64,000 nt of DNA from Verrucomicrobiota bacterium (GTDB lineage: Bacteria; Verrucomicrobiota; Kiritimatiellia; RFP12; UBA1067): NCBI GenBank assembly GCA_050874585.1, contig JBNMKZ010000001.1, positions 49,257-113,256 of the forward strand, written 5' to 3'. The notes under the pieces are model-generated. The model worked only from the letters and a program-made list of their open reading frames with translations. It was not told the origin of the DNA and did not search any database. Positions 15,675 to 25,583 of the stretch are shown here, piece after piece (the first letter of the stretch is position 1; each line of letters starts with the position of its first letter). The translations under genes and the position numbers were made by a program.

Positions 15675-16679
15675 TTAGAGCTTGTCGTTCGAACCAAGAA
15701 CGTTGACGATCTTGTGAATGTAGAGCTTCTTCATCTCCTCACGCGCCGGCGTGAGATACTGACGCGGATCGAAGTGATCGGGATGCTCCGCGAAGTGCTG
15801 GCGAATCGCCGCCGTCATCGCGAGGCGCGAGTCGCTGTCGATGTTGATCTTGCACACCGCGCTCTTCGCCGCCTGACGGAGCTGCTCCTCAGGAATGCCG
15901 ACCGCATCCGGAAGCTTGCCGCCGAACTTGTTGATGATGTCGACGTATTCCTGCGGGACGCTGGACGACCCGTGAAGGACGATCGGGAAGCCCGGGAGCT
16001 TCTCCTCAACGGCCTTGAGCACGTCGAACGCGAGCGGCGGCGGGATCAGCTTGCCCGTCTTGGGGTCACGCGTGCACTGCTCGGGTTTGAACTTGTAGGC
16101 ACCGTGGCTCGTGCCAATCGAAATCGCGAGCGAATCGCAGCCCGTGCGCTTCGCGAACTCAATCACCTCTTCAGGCTTCGTGTAGTGCGACTCTTCCGCC
16201 GCGACCTCGTCCTCAACGCCCGCGAGAACGCCGAGCTCGGCCTCGACCGTGACGTCGAACTGGTGGGCGTACTCAACGACCTTCTTCGTGAGGGCGATGT
16301 TCTCCTCGAACGGAAGCGACGAACCGTCAATCATGACGGACGAGAAGCCGCTGTCAATGCAGCTCTTGCACGTCTCGAAGCTGTCACCGTGGTCGAGGTG
16401 AAGAACAATCTGCGGATGCTCGCAGCCGAGCTCCTTCGCGTATTCAACGGCTCCCTGCGCCATGTAGCGGAGAATCGTCGGGTTCGCATACTTGCGGGCA
16501 CCCTTCGAGACCTGCATAATCACCGGGGACTTGGTCTCGACGGCGGCCTGAACAATGGCCTGCATCTGCTCCATCGTGTTGAAGTTGAACGCCGGAATCG
16601 CGTATCCGCCCTTAACAGCCTTGGCAAACATCTCCTTGGTGTTGACGAGCCCGAGATCCTTATAACTGGTCTGCTTCAT
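15675..16679 (-). CDS. fba: Class II fructose-1,6-bisphosphate aldolase
   Basis: GGYAIPAFNFNTMEQMQAIVQAAVETKSPVIMQVS...HLDHG...LHGSS are class II FBA signatures. Confidence 0.94.
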   Translation of the reverse strand: MKQTSYKDLGLVNTKEMFAKAVKGGYAIPAFNFNTMEQMQAIVQAAVETKSPVIMQVSKGARKYANPTILRYMAQGAVEYAKELGCEHPQIVLHLDHGDSFETCKSCIDSGFSSVMIDGSSLPFEENIALTKKVVEYAHQFDVTVEAELGVLAGVEDEVAAEESHYTKPEEVIEFAKRTGCDSLAISIGTSHGAYKFKPEQCTRDPKTGKLIPPPLAFDVLKAVEEKLPGFPIVLHGSSSVPQEYVDIINKFGGKLPDAVGIPEEQLRQAAKSAVCKINIDSDSRLAMTAAIRQHFAEHPDHFDPRQYLTPAREEMKKLYIHKIVNVLGSNDKL

Positions 16680-16783
16680 TACTGCTTACTCCATGTTTTG
16701 CAACTGATGGACATCCGTCCCCACGACCCCCGCACGCCTCGCGCAGGAAGATGAGTGGGCATTTCAGTCCGAAAAGTGGTGCT

Positions 16784-16813
16784 ATTGTACCACATTCACG
16801 CGCTTAGGGTCAA
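16784..16813 (-). promoter_or_regulatory. Candidate promoter for fba
   Basis: Minus strand reads TTGACC (16813-16808), 18 nt, TACAAT with TG extension (TGGTACAAT, 16792-16784). Gives a ~100-nt leader ending in a GGAG RBS. Confidence 0.5.
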
Positions 16814-16898
16814 GTGCCACACACCTATTTTTCCCCGCTTTTTAACAAGAACGCGTCAAAATATCCGCATTCGCCGCGATTTCAGACGCTTTCGAACC

Positions 16899-17882
16899 TC
16901 ATTTCGTCCGCGAAGCATCCGCCCCGACCTGAAAGGCATAGGTCATGTTCGCCCCAAGAAGCACAATCTCCCAACTCATGTACATCCAGGCGAGGACAAT
17001 TGGAAGGAAGGCGAACGACCCGTAAAGCGCCGACGACTTCGCAATGCCGACCTGTGCAACCGCACAGAGTTTCATCCAGCCGCCGAAGAGGACGGCCGTG
17101 ACAAATCCGCCGCAGAGCGCCGGACGAATCCTCACGCGGCAGTTCGGCATCATCTGGAAGAAGAACCCAAAGGCCACCGCGGCAAAGGTCAGCGTAAACG
17201 CCGTGCGGAAAAACCACGAGTCCAAGAACCAAATCAGCCCATCCGAGACCCATTTCGTCAGCCAAAGTGTCCCCATGGTCGCCACGATGACGTCCTTGAC
17301 GACCCGCAGGGCAGGCAAAGACGCGGCAATTGCAATCAAAACGGGCAAAATGATTGAAATAAAGAGATAAAGGTAGGCCCGCTTCCAAATCGGCCTCGGC
17401 TTCGTCACGCCCCAAATCTGGTTGAAGCTCACCTCCACCATGCCAAGGGACGAGATGACCGTCCACAGCAGAAAGCCGAAGCCAATCCATCCGAGCGTCC
17501 CGATGTCGAACTTCTCCACACGATCGAAGAGTCCGTTTGAAATCTGCCGCGCCTGCCGTCCGAATTCCAGCGCGGCGATTCGCTTGCGTTCCCGCTCCTC
17601 CTCATTCGGAGCAGCCAGAAGCGCAACATCGTCGTCCTGTCCATGCTCGATGACGGTAATCATCGCGTCAATCCGCGCATTGATTTCCTGCCGCGCATAA
17701 TGGTCAACATTGCACGTTTTTGCGACAAAAAGTAGCAGACAGAGAATCGGCATCAGTGCCAGCATGGCGAAATAGGTCAATCCCGCCGCGTGCATCGAGC
17801 AGTTGTTGCGCAAAAAACCGCCGATGACGGTCTTTCCCCACGATAGGACGCGCCGCATCATAGCAGATGTCCCGTCAGCCAT
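16899..17882 (-). CDS. YihY/BrkB-family inner-membrane protein
   Basis: N-terminal ...NNCSMHAAGLTYFAMLALMPILCLLLF... and six predicted TM segments are typical of the YihY family. Confidence 0.8.
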   Translation of the reverse strand: MADGTSAMMRRVLSWGKTVIGGFLRNNCSMHAAGLTYFAMLALMPILCLLLFVAKTCNVDHYARQEINARIDAMITVIEHGQDDDVALLAAPNEEERERKRIAALEFGRQARQISNGLFDRVEKFDIGTLGWIGFGFLLWTVISSLGMVEVSFNQIWGVTKPRPIWKRAYLYLFISIILPVLIAIAASLPALRVVKDVIVATMGTLWLTKWVSDGLIWFLDSWFFRTAFTLTFAAVAFGFFFQMMPNCRVRIRPALCGGFVTAVLFGGWMKLCAVAQVGIAKSSALYGSFAFLPIVLAWMYMSWEIVLLGANMTYAFQVGADASRTK

Positions 17883-18694
17883 CCAAGCACGACGCCCAGG
17901 ATATAAACCGACAGGAGAATGGCCAGGTTCTCCTTCAGGTTCCGATTCGTACGGAAGAGAACCAGAAGCCCCAACCCGGACCCAGTGAAAGAACTCGCCA
18001 TCAGTGCCCCGGGACTCATTGCACCCGCAAGGTAGAGTTTCGCCCCGGCGACCGAGACGGCGCAGTTCGGAATCAGGCCCAGGGCCCCGGCCGCCAGCTC
18101 ACCGACAAACGGCGCGTTAAGTCGCAACTTATCAAGGCAATCCTCACCAAAATAGTGCATACAGAGTTCAACCGCGCCAGAAACAAGGACGATGAAAAAG
18201 AAAATCTCAGCCGTATGAATCAGAGCAGGGACAAGAATTCCATGATGCTCATGGCAACCGCAATGGCTGTGCTCACACAGTTCCCCCACCGAAACCTTGC
18301 GCCGCAGGTGATGCACGGTACGCAGAACACCGTTCACCGTAAAACCGACGGCAATTGCAAAACCGACCTTCAATCCGACGATTTTCGCCAACAAACCGAA
18401 TGGCGCACGCGCCGAAATGAGGACGGGGACCAGTTCATCCGAGGTGGAGAGAAAAACGGCAATCAGCGTCCCGACCGTAATCACACCACCGGCATAAAAC
18501 GAGGAGGCTGCCGCCGAGACCCCGCACTGCGGAATCGCCCCGGCCAAGGCCCCAGCCAATGGGCCAACAGAGCGAGTGCGCTCAAGAGACCTCTCAAGCG
18601 CACCGCCCGCCTTCGCCTCTATCGCCTCCAGGACGAGATACGTCACGAAGAGGAACGGCAGAAGCAGTAGCGTTTCCTGGATGAACTCAATCAC
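17858..18694 (-). CDS. Putative 10-TM metal permease (ArsP_2/DUF-type putative heavy-metal exporter)
   Basis: Duplicated IPQCGVSAAA / IPNCAVSVAG motifs and a Cys/His-rich loop CEHSHCGCHEHHG (18239-18277). Family name recalled from memory, not searched. Confidence 0.6.
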   Translation of the reverse strand: MIEFIQETLLLLPFLFVTYLVLEAIEAKAGGALERSLERTRSVGPLAGALAGAIPQCGVSAAASSFYAGGVITVGTLIAVFLSTSDELVPVLISARAPFGLLAKIVGLKVGFAIAVGFTVNGVLRTVHHLRRKVSVGELCEHSHCGCHEHHGILVPALIHTAEIFFFIVLVSGAVELCMHYFGEDCLDKLRLNAPFVGELAAGALGLIPNCAVSVAGAKLYLAGAMSPGALMASSFTGSGLGLLVLFRTNRNLKENLAILLSVYILGVVLGWLTGHLL

Positions 18695-18861
18695 GCGGCA
18701 GAAATCGCCTCATTCGGGCACTGCGCCGCGCACGCACCGCAATCAACGCACATGTCGGGATTGATCGTGTAGGGCTGTCCCTCCGTGATCGCATCCGCCG
18801 GGCACGCATCCTTGCAGCAACCGCAACCAACGCACTTGTCAGCTTCAATCTTGTGAGCCAT
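18691..18861 (-). CDS. 2x[4Fe-4S] ferredoxin (56 aa)
   Basis: MAHKIEADKCVGCGCCKDACPADAI...CVDCGACAAQCPNEAI contains two CxxCxxCxxxCP clusters. Start at ATG 18859-18861 with a GAAGGAG RBS; the longer track ORF is an artefact. Confidence 0.9.
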   Translation of the reverse strand: MAHKIEADKCVGCGCCKDACPADAITEGQPYTINPDMCVDCGACAAQCPNEAISAA

Positions 18862-18901
18862 GTCTGTTTCTCCTTCTTCTTGTTGTTTGAAAGATGTCCG
18901 T

Positions 18902-18910
18902 ATTATAGCA
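18902..18910 (-). promoter_or_regulatory. Extended -10 element TGCTATAAT for the ferredoxin-permease-yihY operon
   Basis: Revcomp of ATTATAGCA; 40 nt upstream of the ferredoxin ATG. Confidence 0.55.
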
Positions 18911-18970
18911 TAACTGCCCTCGAACCTCAAACGGGACCGTCCCGCCTGCGAAACGCGGCACTTCGTCGCC

Positions 18971-20188
18971 TTAACCATGATGTCCGCGGCGCCACTCGTC
19001 CGGCGTCTGCCCCGTCTCGCGCTTGAAATACCTGACAAGGGACGATGCGCTGGGGAAGCCACAGGTCCGTGCCACGGTGACGATTGTCTCATGGGACGAC
19101 ATCAGCCGCCGCTTGACGGCCCCGATGCGGGCACCCGCAATCGTCTCGCCAATCGTCCGCCCCGACAACTCGCGGAAACGCAAGTCGGCCAGCGAGCGCG
19201 AGATACCCAAGTGGGCGGCTACATCGGACGGCGTGAGACGGCGCATGTCATTCTCGGCGATGAAGCGCCGCGCCTGGCGGATCAGGTGTTCGGCGGGCTG
19301 GGGCGTACGCGTGGAATCGCGTGTCAGGACTTCACGGACGGCCGACTTCACGACAATCAGACGCGGTCGCCCGCCATTCATCCGCCGCTCCAATTCCTGC
19401 GCCGCACAGAACCCAAGACCGTCGTGATTGGGGAGAATGCTTGAAAGCGACGGTGTCACACCTCGACAAATGACCTCGTCATTGTCCACGCCGAGAATGG
19501 ACACGCGGGAGGGAACGCCGATGCCCGACTCGACGCAGATTTCGAGTGTGCGAAAAGATGCATCGTCCCAATCGGCAAAAACGGCAACCGGCCCCGGAAG
19601 CCTCTGCAGTTTCTTCGCGAGGGCCTCATTTTCCCGCGCATTGACATCCGGCGGCAGTTCAATCGTATGACAGGCGATTCGCCGCGCTGCAAGCACCGCT
19701 CGAAAGCCCCGTTCGCGGCGGATGGACCATTCCTCACGGCCAGGCGCACCCGCCACAAAGACAAACGACCCGAACTTGCCCAACTTCAGAAAGTAGTCCG
19801 CCGCCGCCCGTCCGACGCTTTCATCGTCCAAGCGAACAAACGAGGCCGAGGGGACGACATCGCGACTTGTGCTCTCGAAGTGCGTGAAGACGACGGGAAG
19901 CCCGCTTGCCGACAGCTGCCGAATAGCCTCTGGGTCGGACGGATAGTCCATGAGGATTCCGTCATAGCCCGCAAACGATTCTCCGAGGAGAACCTCGCGG
20001 AGTCGGGCCGTGCTGTCCAGAAGACGCAACCGCCAAAGCTTCCCCGTGTTGACAAACCGCAAGAACCCAGCCAGCGCATCCCGTCCGGACGCACCGCCGA
20101 TGTTGATTGCGACCAGAACACGACGCATCGGACGCTTGTGGAAAATGCAAGTTCCCGTCGTGGGTCGATTCCCAGATTGGTGGCTCAT
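18971..20188 (-). CDS. XylR-like regulator: periplasmic-binding-protein-like sugar sensor domain fused to an AraC-type HTH
   Basis: C-terminal AraC HTH (...LTPSDVAAHLGISRSLADLRFRE...TIVTVARTCGFPSASSLVRYFKRETGQTPDEWR). N-terminal LacI/PBP-like domain (VLVAINIGG...). Divergent from the LamG/GH cluster. Confidence 0.8.
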   Translation of the reverse strand: MSHQSGNRPTTGTCIFHKRPMRRVLVAINIGGASGRDALAGFLRFVNTGKLWRLRLLDSTARLREVLLGESFAGYDGILMDYPSDPEAIRQLSASGLPVVFTHFESTSRDVVPSASFVRLDDESVGRAAADYFLKLGKFGSFVFVAGAPGREEWSIRRERGFRAVLAARRIACHTIELPPDVNARENEALAKKLQRLPGPVAVFADWDDASFRTLEICVESGIGVPSRVSILGVDNDEVICRGVTPSLSSILPNHDGLGFCAAQELERRMNGGRPRLIVVKSAVREVLTRDSTRTPQPAEHLIRQARRFIAENDMRRLTPSDVAAHLGISRSLADLRFRELSGRTIGETIAGARIGAVKRRLMSSHETIVTVARTCGFPSASSLVRYFKRETGQTPDEWRRGHHG

Positions 20189-20194
20189 GGGCAC

Positions 20195-20203
20195 ATTATA
20201 CCA
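20195..20203 (-). promoter_or_regulatory. Extended -10 element TGGTATAAT (leaderless configuration) for the XylR-like gene
   Basis: 6 nt (GTGCCC) separate it from ATG 20186-20188. Confidence 0.5.
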
Positions 20204-20272
20204 CAGAATCCGCCTCTCAGGAGATTAGGCCATCTGATAACAAACTTTTGTGCCATTTGAAGACAATCAGAC

Positions 20273-20301
20273 TTGCCATCCAAGGGGCGATTTGCTAAAA
20301 T
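20273..20301 (+). promoter_or_regulatory. Candidate promoter for the LamG/GH operon
   Basis: TTGCCA (20273-20278), 17 nt, TAAAAT (20296-20301) with TG extension (TGCTAAAAT). GAAAGGAA RBS at 20329-20336. Confidence 0.6.
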
Positions 20302-20345
20302 CCCTGCCGTAGTCTCAAATGACTGCGTGAAAGGAATCCGACAAG

Positions 20346-22562
20346 ATGAATAGCACAGGAGTGGGGTGTGCCATCCTAACCATGGCCGTCATGACGGCCG
20401 AACTGGCCTCGGCCAACACAGTCGCCTGGTGGCGATTCGAGGACTCTGACGCGGGAAGCCCTGCAACGACCCTCGTGAACGCCGTCGACTCGGCGAACTT
20501 GCCTGGCATTGCCACGGTTCTCTCCGGACAGGGGCTTCCACTGTTCTCGGACGGATTCGAGAGCGCCGTCCTCTGGAATCCATCGGCGAGTCAGGCCTCC
20601 GCCAATGCCCAGTCGCTCCGCTTCGCCGATTCCAACGGCAACGCCGGGCGCGTCGAAATTGCATCGGATGAGACGCTGCATCCAAAGACATTCACAATCG
20701 AGTTCTTCTTCAAGTACGAGGCGACGGGGGACCTGCCGAACTGGAAACCGCTCGTCGGCATGATGAACAACTCCAACAAGGAAGCCTTCTACCTGCGCCT
20801 GCACAAAACTTCGGGCACGAATCCCAAGCCCTCAATCTCCGTTCGCTTCCACAATGCCGACGGCACCTCCCGATCGTCCGACTTCGCACAGGCCGACCTT
20901 GCGGACGGAAAGTGGCATCATGTGGCCATGTGCGTCTATCAGGAGGGCGAGAACTGGAAGGCCCGGTGCTTTGCGGACTACCAGTCCATCGGCCTGTGCA
21001 CATTGTCCGAACCCGTGCACTATGTGGACGGATACCCGCTCCTGATTGGCGGCAACTTCCCCGGGCTGATTGACGAGGTGCGGCTCTCGGACACCGTCCT
21101 TGATCCGAAGGACTTCCTTCGCCTGCACGAGGTTTCACCCATTGCCGACACCTCAACCGCCGTCTACCTCGACTTCTCCACGCGTCCAGCCGTCAACAAG
21201 GCCCCGAGCGAGTCGCCCTTCTCAGTCTCCGATGAACTGAACGCCAAGAGCGCAAGCACCCTGACGGACGAGACGCCCGGCTCCATCGTGCGGGCGGACA
21301 GTTGGGCGAAGACGTCCTTCGCCAACGCAACCGCCCTGACCATCGCGACAAGCGATGCCTGCCCTACCAGCCCCGGACGGTTGACCTACGACGACACCGC
21401 CAACCGCCTCTCCACCGGAAGTTTTACCGCCGAACTCTTCTTCCGGGTCGACGACTTCGGTGACGCGACCAGTTCAAGCACGGGCGACTGCATCTACCTC
21501 TTCTGCTCCCCGACATGGTTCCTGCGCATCATGCGTGCCGACCATTCGCTTTCATCCTACTTCAAGATTGGCGGCAAGGACATTTCGCTTCCCTTGAACA
21601 CCAAACTGGAGGCAGGCGAATGGCATCACGCAGCGATTGTCTACAACAAGGAGGCGCAGACGCTCGCCGTCTACCTCGACTACCAGCGCAAGAACAGCCA
21701 GTCGAACGTCACGCTGGACAACAAGGAATCGTCCTACCCGACGGCCATTGCCGGTGGCATGTGGTCCGGTGGACAGTACCAGTTCACACGCGGCGCAATT
21801 GACGAGGTGCGCATCACCCGCCGCGCACTGAAGCCGGCCGAGTTCCTGTCCGTCGTTCCATCCGAGGGCGGCAAACTCATTCACCTAACCTACGAAACGG
21901 ACACAACCACCTCCAGTGTCAACGGCAAGTTGCTTGGCGGCAGCTGGATAAACAACACGGAGAATCCGCCGACGCTCTCCGATCGTGTCCCGGGCGACTC
22001 CCTCCGCGATGCAAGAGGACAGGTCGTGCGCGACACGAATACGCATGCCCTCTACTACGACAACCGCTACATCGCCTACGACGCTGCCAGCATCCTCGAC
22101 CGTCGCGACCTGACGGTCGAGTTCTTTATGCGGGCGAGCGAGACAAAGGCCTCCGCAGGCGTGATGCGGCTGGTGGACAACCTGAACGTCAACGACTTCG
22201 TCTGGGGCTTGCGCACGGACGCGACGGGACGGACAATGGAAGTCGTCGCATCCACCGAGTCCGAACCGAACAAGGTTGTTGCAACCTATCCGGCGGATAG
22301 TTTCGACGGTCGTTGGCATCATTACGCCCTCTCATTCAGAACCGAAGCCGACCATTCGATCGTCACGCTTTACCGCGACTACGAGAAGACGTGCGAACAG
22401 GCTCTCGGCGGACTCCTTGATGTGGCCTCGGGCACTTCGCGCTTCTATGTGGGCGGCGGCTCAACGGCCTGGATTGACGAAATCGTCGTCCACGACGGCG
22501 CACGGGAACCCGAGAGTTTCCTGTATCTGCCGAAAAAGGGATTTGTCGTTGTCATTCGGTGA
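20346..22562 (+). CDS. Secreted protein with three LamG-like (concanavalin-A-like lectin/glucanase) domains
   Basis: Three repeats of the pattern G[KER]WHH...Y.D......IDE[VI] (GKWHHVAM...IDEVRLSD; GEWHHAAIVY...IDEVRITRRAL; GRWHHYALSF...IDEIVVHD). N-terminal signal-like segment. Confidence 0.8.
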   Translation: MNSTGVGCAILTMAVMTAELASANTVAWWRFEDSDAGSPATTLVNAVDSANLPGIATVLSGQGLPLFSDGFESAVLWNPSASQASANAQSLRFADSNGNAGRVEIASDETLHPKTFTIEFFFKYEATGDLPNWKPLVGMMNNSNKEAFYLRLHKTSGTNPKPSISVRFHNADGTSRSSDFAQADLADGKWHHVAMCVYQEGENWKARCFADYQSIGLCTLSEPVHYVDGYPLLIGGNFPGLIDEVRLSDTVLDPKDFLRLHEVSPIADTSTAVYLDFSTRPAVNKAPSESPFSVSDELNAKSASTLTDETPGSIVRADSWAKTSFANATALTIATSDACPTSPGRLTYDDTANRLSTGSFTAELFFRVDDFGDATSSSTGDCIYLFCSPTWFLRIMRADHSLSSYFKIGGKDISLPLNTKLEAGEWHHAAIVYNKEAQTLAVYLDYQRKNSQSNVTLDNKESSYPTAIAGGMWSGGQYQFTRGAIDEVRITRRALKPAEFLSVVPSEGGKLIHLTYETDTTTSSVNGKLLGGSWINNTENPPTLSDRVPGDSLRDARGQVVRDTNTHALYYDNRYIAYDAASILDRRDLTVEFFMRASETKASAGVMRLVDNLNVNDFVWGLRTDATGRTMEVVASTESEPNKVVATYPADSFDGRWHHYALSFRTEADHSIVTLYRDYEKTCEQALGGLLDVASGTSRFYVGGGSTAWIDEIVVHDGAREPESFLYLPKKGFVVVIR

Positions 22563-22582
22563 AAGATGAAGAGGAAAGCGAG

Positions 22583-24025
22583 ATGAACAGACGGGAATTT
22601 ATCGCTGGGGCAACGAGCCTCGGTCTACTTGGGGCAGGACGCATTCTGGCCGAGAACGAACATCCGCCACGCCTTCGATTCGGCGTCATTTCGGACATTC
22701 ACCTGAAGGATGCGCCCAGTCGGGCGAAATACGCACGCGCCCTGCGTTGGTTTGATGCACACAAGGCGGATGCCGTCCTTTGCTGCGGCGATCTGACGGA
22801 TTGGGGAATTGCCCACCAGCTGAAGATGGTTGCGGAGGGCTGGCGCACGGTCTTCCCCGACAATCGGCGGAGTGATGGACAGCCCATTGAACGGCTCTTT
22901 CTCTACGGCGACCACGACACGGGAGGCTACGCCCATCACCACTTTGGCAGCTTTGAGGCCGCCCAACAAATGTACGACTTCACAGCCGAGGAAGTCGAGG
23001 CAATGGCCATCCGTCAGTCCGGTGCGGCCCGCCGATGGGAGGAAGCCTTCGGCGAACCCTACGAACCGATTTTCGTGAAAGACGTCAAGGACTACCGCTT
23101 CGTTTTGGCCAATTTCACGATGGACGGCGGCGCGGCAAATCCGCACGGCAACAATACGCCCGGTGCAGAAGAGCGCCTGGCATCCCTGACCCTCGACCCG
23201 ACCAAGCCGTTCTTCTACGCCCAGCACCGCGTCTACCGCAACACGATGGGCGGACCCGAAATGTCCGGTCTTGACGACGGTCGCTCGACAGCCCTCCTCA
23301 GCCAGTTCCCAAACTGCATCGCCTTCTGCGGACACGCCCATCGCACCCTGACGGACGAGAAGATGATTTGGCAGGGTTCGTTCGCGGCAGTTGAAGCCCC
23401 CTCCCTCGCCTACGTCACACAGGCCAATGGACGCGAGAACGCCCGCGCAATTGATTATGTCCGCGCCCGTCAGGGTGTCACGCCCCTGCTGCCAACCTAT
23501 CCGATGACCGTCCCTGAACAGGGCCTGCTCGTCTCGGTCTGGGACGACCACATTGTCTTCGAGCGCATGGACTTCCGCCGCGAAGCGAGGCTCGGCCCGG
23601 CGTGGGAGATGCCCCTCGGCAAAAACGCCGCGAAGCCCTACGATGACAAGTGCCGCGCAGACGAGACACCCGCACCACGCTTCCCCGCCGATGCACAGGC
23701 AACCGTGACGCGCCTCTCGGCCGAGAACCGTGCACGGGAACCAATCGACCAGTACCGCGTGACCTTCCCGGCGGCCCGTTCGACGACCGAAACGCCGCGC
23801 GCCTTCGACTACGAGGTCCTGGCCTTCGTCAACGGTGGCACCTCGCCCTTCCTGAGACGACTCGTCTATTCCGACCGATGCGCCTGCCCGGAGGATGCGG
23901 AGACGATTCCCGTCGCCTGCCCATTTGCCGTCGACGAATTCCCCGCCCATGCCCGGCTAAGATTCGAGGTGCGCGCCCGCAACGCCTTCGGGACGCGCAG
24001 CACGCCCCTGGAGGCAACCCCATGA
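22583..24025 (+). CDS. Calcineurin-like metallophosphoesterase with twin-arginine signal peptide
   Basis: MNRREFIAGATSLGLLGAGRILA (RR motif). Phosphoesterase motifs GVISDIHL, CCGDLTDWG, YGDHD, FCGHAH. Confidence 0.82.
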   Translation: MNRREFIAGATSLGLLGAGRILAENEHPPRLRFGVISDIHLKDAPSRAKYARALRWFDAHKADAVLCCGDLTDWGIAHQLKMVAEGWRTVFPDNRRSDGQPIERLFLYGDHDTGGYAHHHFGSFEAAQQMYDFTAEEVEAMAIRQSGAARRWEEAFGEPYEPIFVKDVKDYRFVLANFTMDGGAANPHGNNTPGAEERLASLTLDPTKPFFYAQHRVYRNTMGGPEMSGLDDGRSTALLSQFPNCIAFCGHAHRTLTDEKMIWQGSFAAVEAPSLAYVTQANGRENARAIDYVRARQGVTPLLPTYPMTVPEQGLLVSVWDDHIVFERMDFRREARLGPAWEMPLGKNAAKPYDDKCRADETPAPRFPADAQATVTRLSAENRAREPIDQYRVTFPAARSTTETPRAFDYEVLAFVNGGTSPFLRRLVYSDRCACPEDAETIPVACPFAVDEFPAHARLRFEVRARNAFGTRSTPLEATP

Positions 24026-25581
24026 ATCGGACAATCGCAGCCTTCCTTTTTGCCGCGCTCGGACTGATGACGGGCTGTACGCAAGTTTCGAACGACCGCA
24101 CCTGCACGGTAAACGAACAGCCTGCCACACGATGGCGGGGCTTCAATCTGCTCGAAATGTTCGTCTGGCCGACGAACGATCCAACGCCAGCCTACCGCGA
24201 ATGGGACTTCCAGAAGATTCGCGAATGGGGGTTCAACTTCGTCCGACTGCCGATCGACTACCGGTACTTCACCCACGGAAAGGACTGGAACATCCTCGAC
24301 GAAGAACGACTGAAGGTCGTGGACCGCGCCATTGAACTGGGCGAAAAGTACGATATCCACGTCCAAATCTGCCTTCACCGTGCACCCGGCTACTGCGTCA
24401 ATCCGACGGGAACGGAACCGGCCGACCTCTTCAGCGACGCGGAAGCCCAGAAGGTCTTCGCCCGCTACTGGGGAACATTCGCCCGCCGGTGGAAGAAATG
24501 GCCCAACCGCCGCGTCTCCTTCGATCTTGTCAACGAACCTCCCAAGATTTCCGAGGAAAAATATGTCGCGGCAATCCGCCCGGCGATCGCGGCAATTCGA
24601 GAGGTGGATCCCGACCGACTCATCTTCTCCGATGGGCGCGACGGAGGGAACCTGCCGACCTTCTCCCTCGCAGGTGAGCGCGGCATTGCACAGGCCATGC
24701 GCGGCTACAAGCCCATGTCCGTCTCGCATTTCGGCGCACCCTGGTGCGCGGGACTGACGACATCCCTGCCCCCCATTTGGCCACTGGACCCGTTTGCGCC
24801 CGAAGGCATTCTTGCAGGTGTCGGCAAGGCCAAGTTGCGTAGCCCACTCGTCATCGAGGATGTCCCCCCCTGCACCCTTTCGCTTCACTTCGGCGGTGTC
24901 AGCGAAAAAGTGACCGTCCGCGTCACGGGCGACGGGACGAAACTGGCGGACTTCACCTTTCGTCCGAAGAAGGGCGATCCGCTTTGGCGCTCCGTCGCAG
25001 TGCATCCAAAATGGAAGATTCTGCAGGGCGATTACATGGGCGTTGAGACCACACGGGTTGAGCGCGCCGTCAAGCGTCTTGAGATCTGTCTCACCAACGG
25101 TGACTGGTGTCACCTCACGGGCGTGCGGTTCACGACAGACGACGGTCGAACGGCCCTGCTGCGCATTTCGCCGCGCTTCGCCCCGGCGCGGCACTTCACC
25201 CAACGCTTCGCCGGATTCGACGCGCCTTATCCCTTCGTCCCCACAGAGACCAACGCGACTTCCGCACGCGCCCTTCCACAGAAAGAAGGCCTCCGCTGGC
25301 TTGAGGAGAACAACTTCAAGACCTGGGACCAGTTCGCCGAGCGGGGCGGATTCGTGATGATGGGCGAATTCGGGGCGTTTCGCAACTGCCCGCACGACAT
25401 CGCCCTCGCCTGGATGGAGGATAACCTGCGCCTCCTGAAGAAACGCAACTGGGGCTGGGCACTCTGGAACTTGCGCGGCACATTCGGCATTCTCGACTCC
25501 AACCGAAAGGATGTCGACTACGAAGCCTGCGAAGGACACCTGCTGGACCGCCAGATGCTCAACCTTCTCCAGGCATACTAA
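24022..25581 (+). CDS. Glycoside hydrolase family 5 (cellulase/mannanase-like) lipoprotein
   Basis: ATGA overlap with the upstream stop. Lipobox LGLMTGC. RGFNLLEM..., GFNFVRLPIDY, acid/base FDLVNEP, nucleophile MMGEFGA. Confidence 0.82.
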   Translation: MNRTIAAFLFAALGLMTGCTQVSNDRTCTVNEQPATRWRGFNLLEMFVWPTNDPTPAYREWDFQKIREWGFNFVRLPIDYRYFTHGKDWNILDEERLKVVDRAIELGEKYDIHVQICLHRAPGYCVNPTGTEPADLFSDAEAQKVFARYWGTFARRWKKWPNRRVSFDLVNEPPKISEEKYVAAIRPAIAAIREVDPDRLIFSDGRDGGNLPTFSLAGERGIAQAMRGYKPMSVSHFGAPWCAGLTTSLPPIWPLDPFAPEGILAGVGKAKLRSPLVIEDVPPCTLSLHFGGVSEKVTVRVTGDGTKLADFTFRPKKGDPLWRSVAVHPKWKILQGDYMGVETTRVERAVKRLEICLTNGDWCHLTGVRFTTDDGRTALLRISPRFAPARHFTQRFAGFDAPYPFVPTETNATSARALPQKEGLRWLEENNFKTWDQFAERGGFVMMGEFGAFRNCPHDIALAWMEDNLRLLKKRNWGWALWNLRGTFGILDSNRKDVDYEACEGHLLDRQMLNLLQAY

Positions 25582-25583
25582 GC

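Noticed and set aside
18691-19092. N-terminal extensions of track ORFs (e.g. 18691-19092, 23650-25581, 54764-55459, 56696-57115, 56997-58268, 41855-43090, 14525-15649)
   Set aside because: The extensions overlap upstream genes or terminator hairpins and lack RBSs. They precede an internal ATG that has a proper RBS and/or a signal peptide and the conserved family N-terminus. Coordinates were trimmed accordingly.
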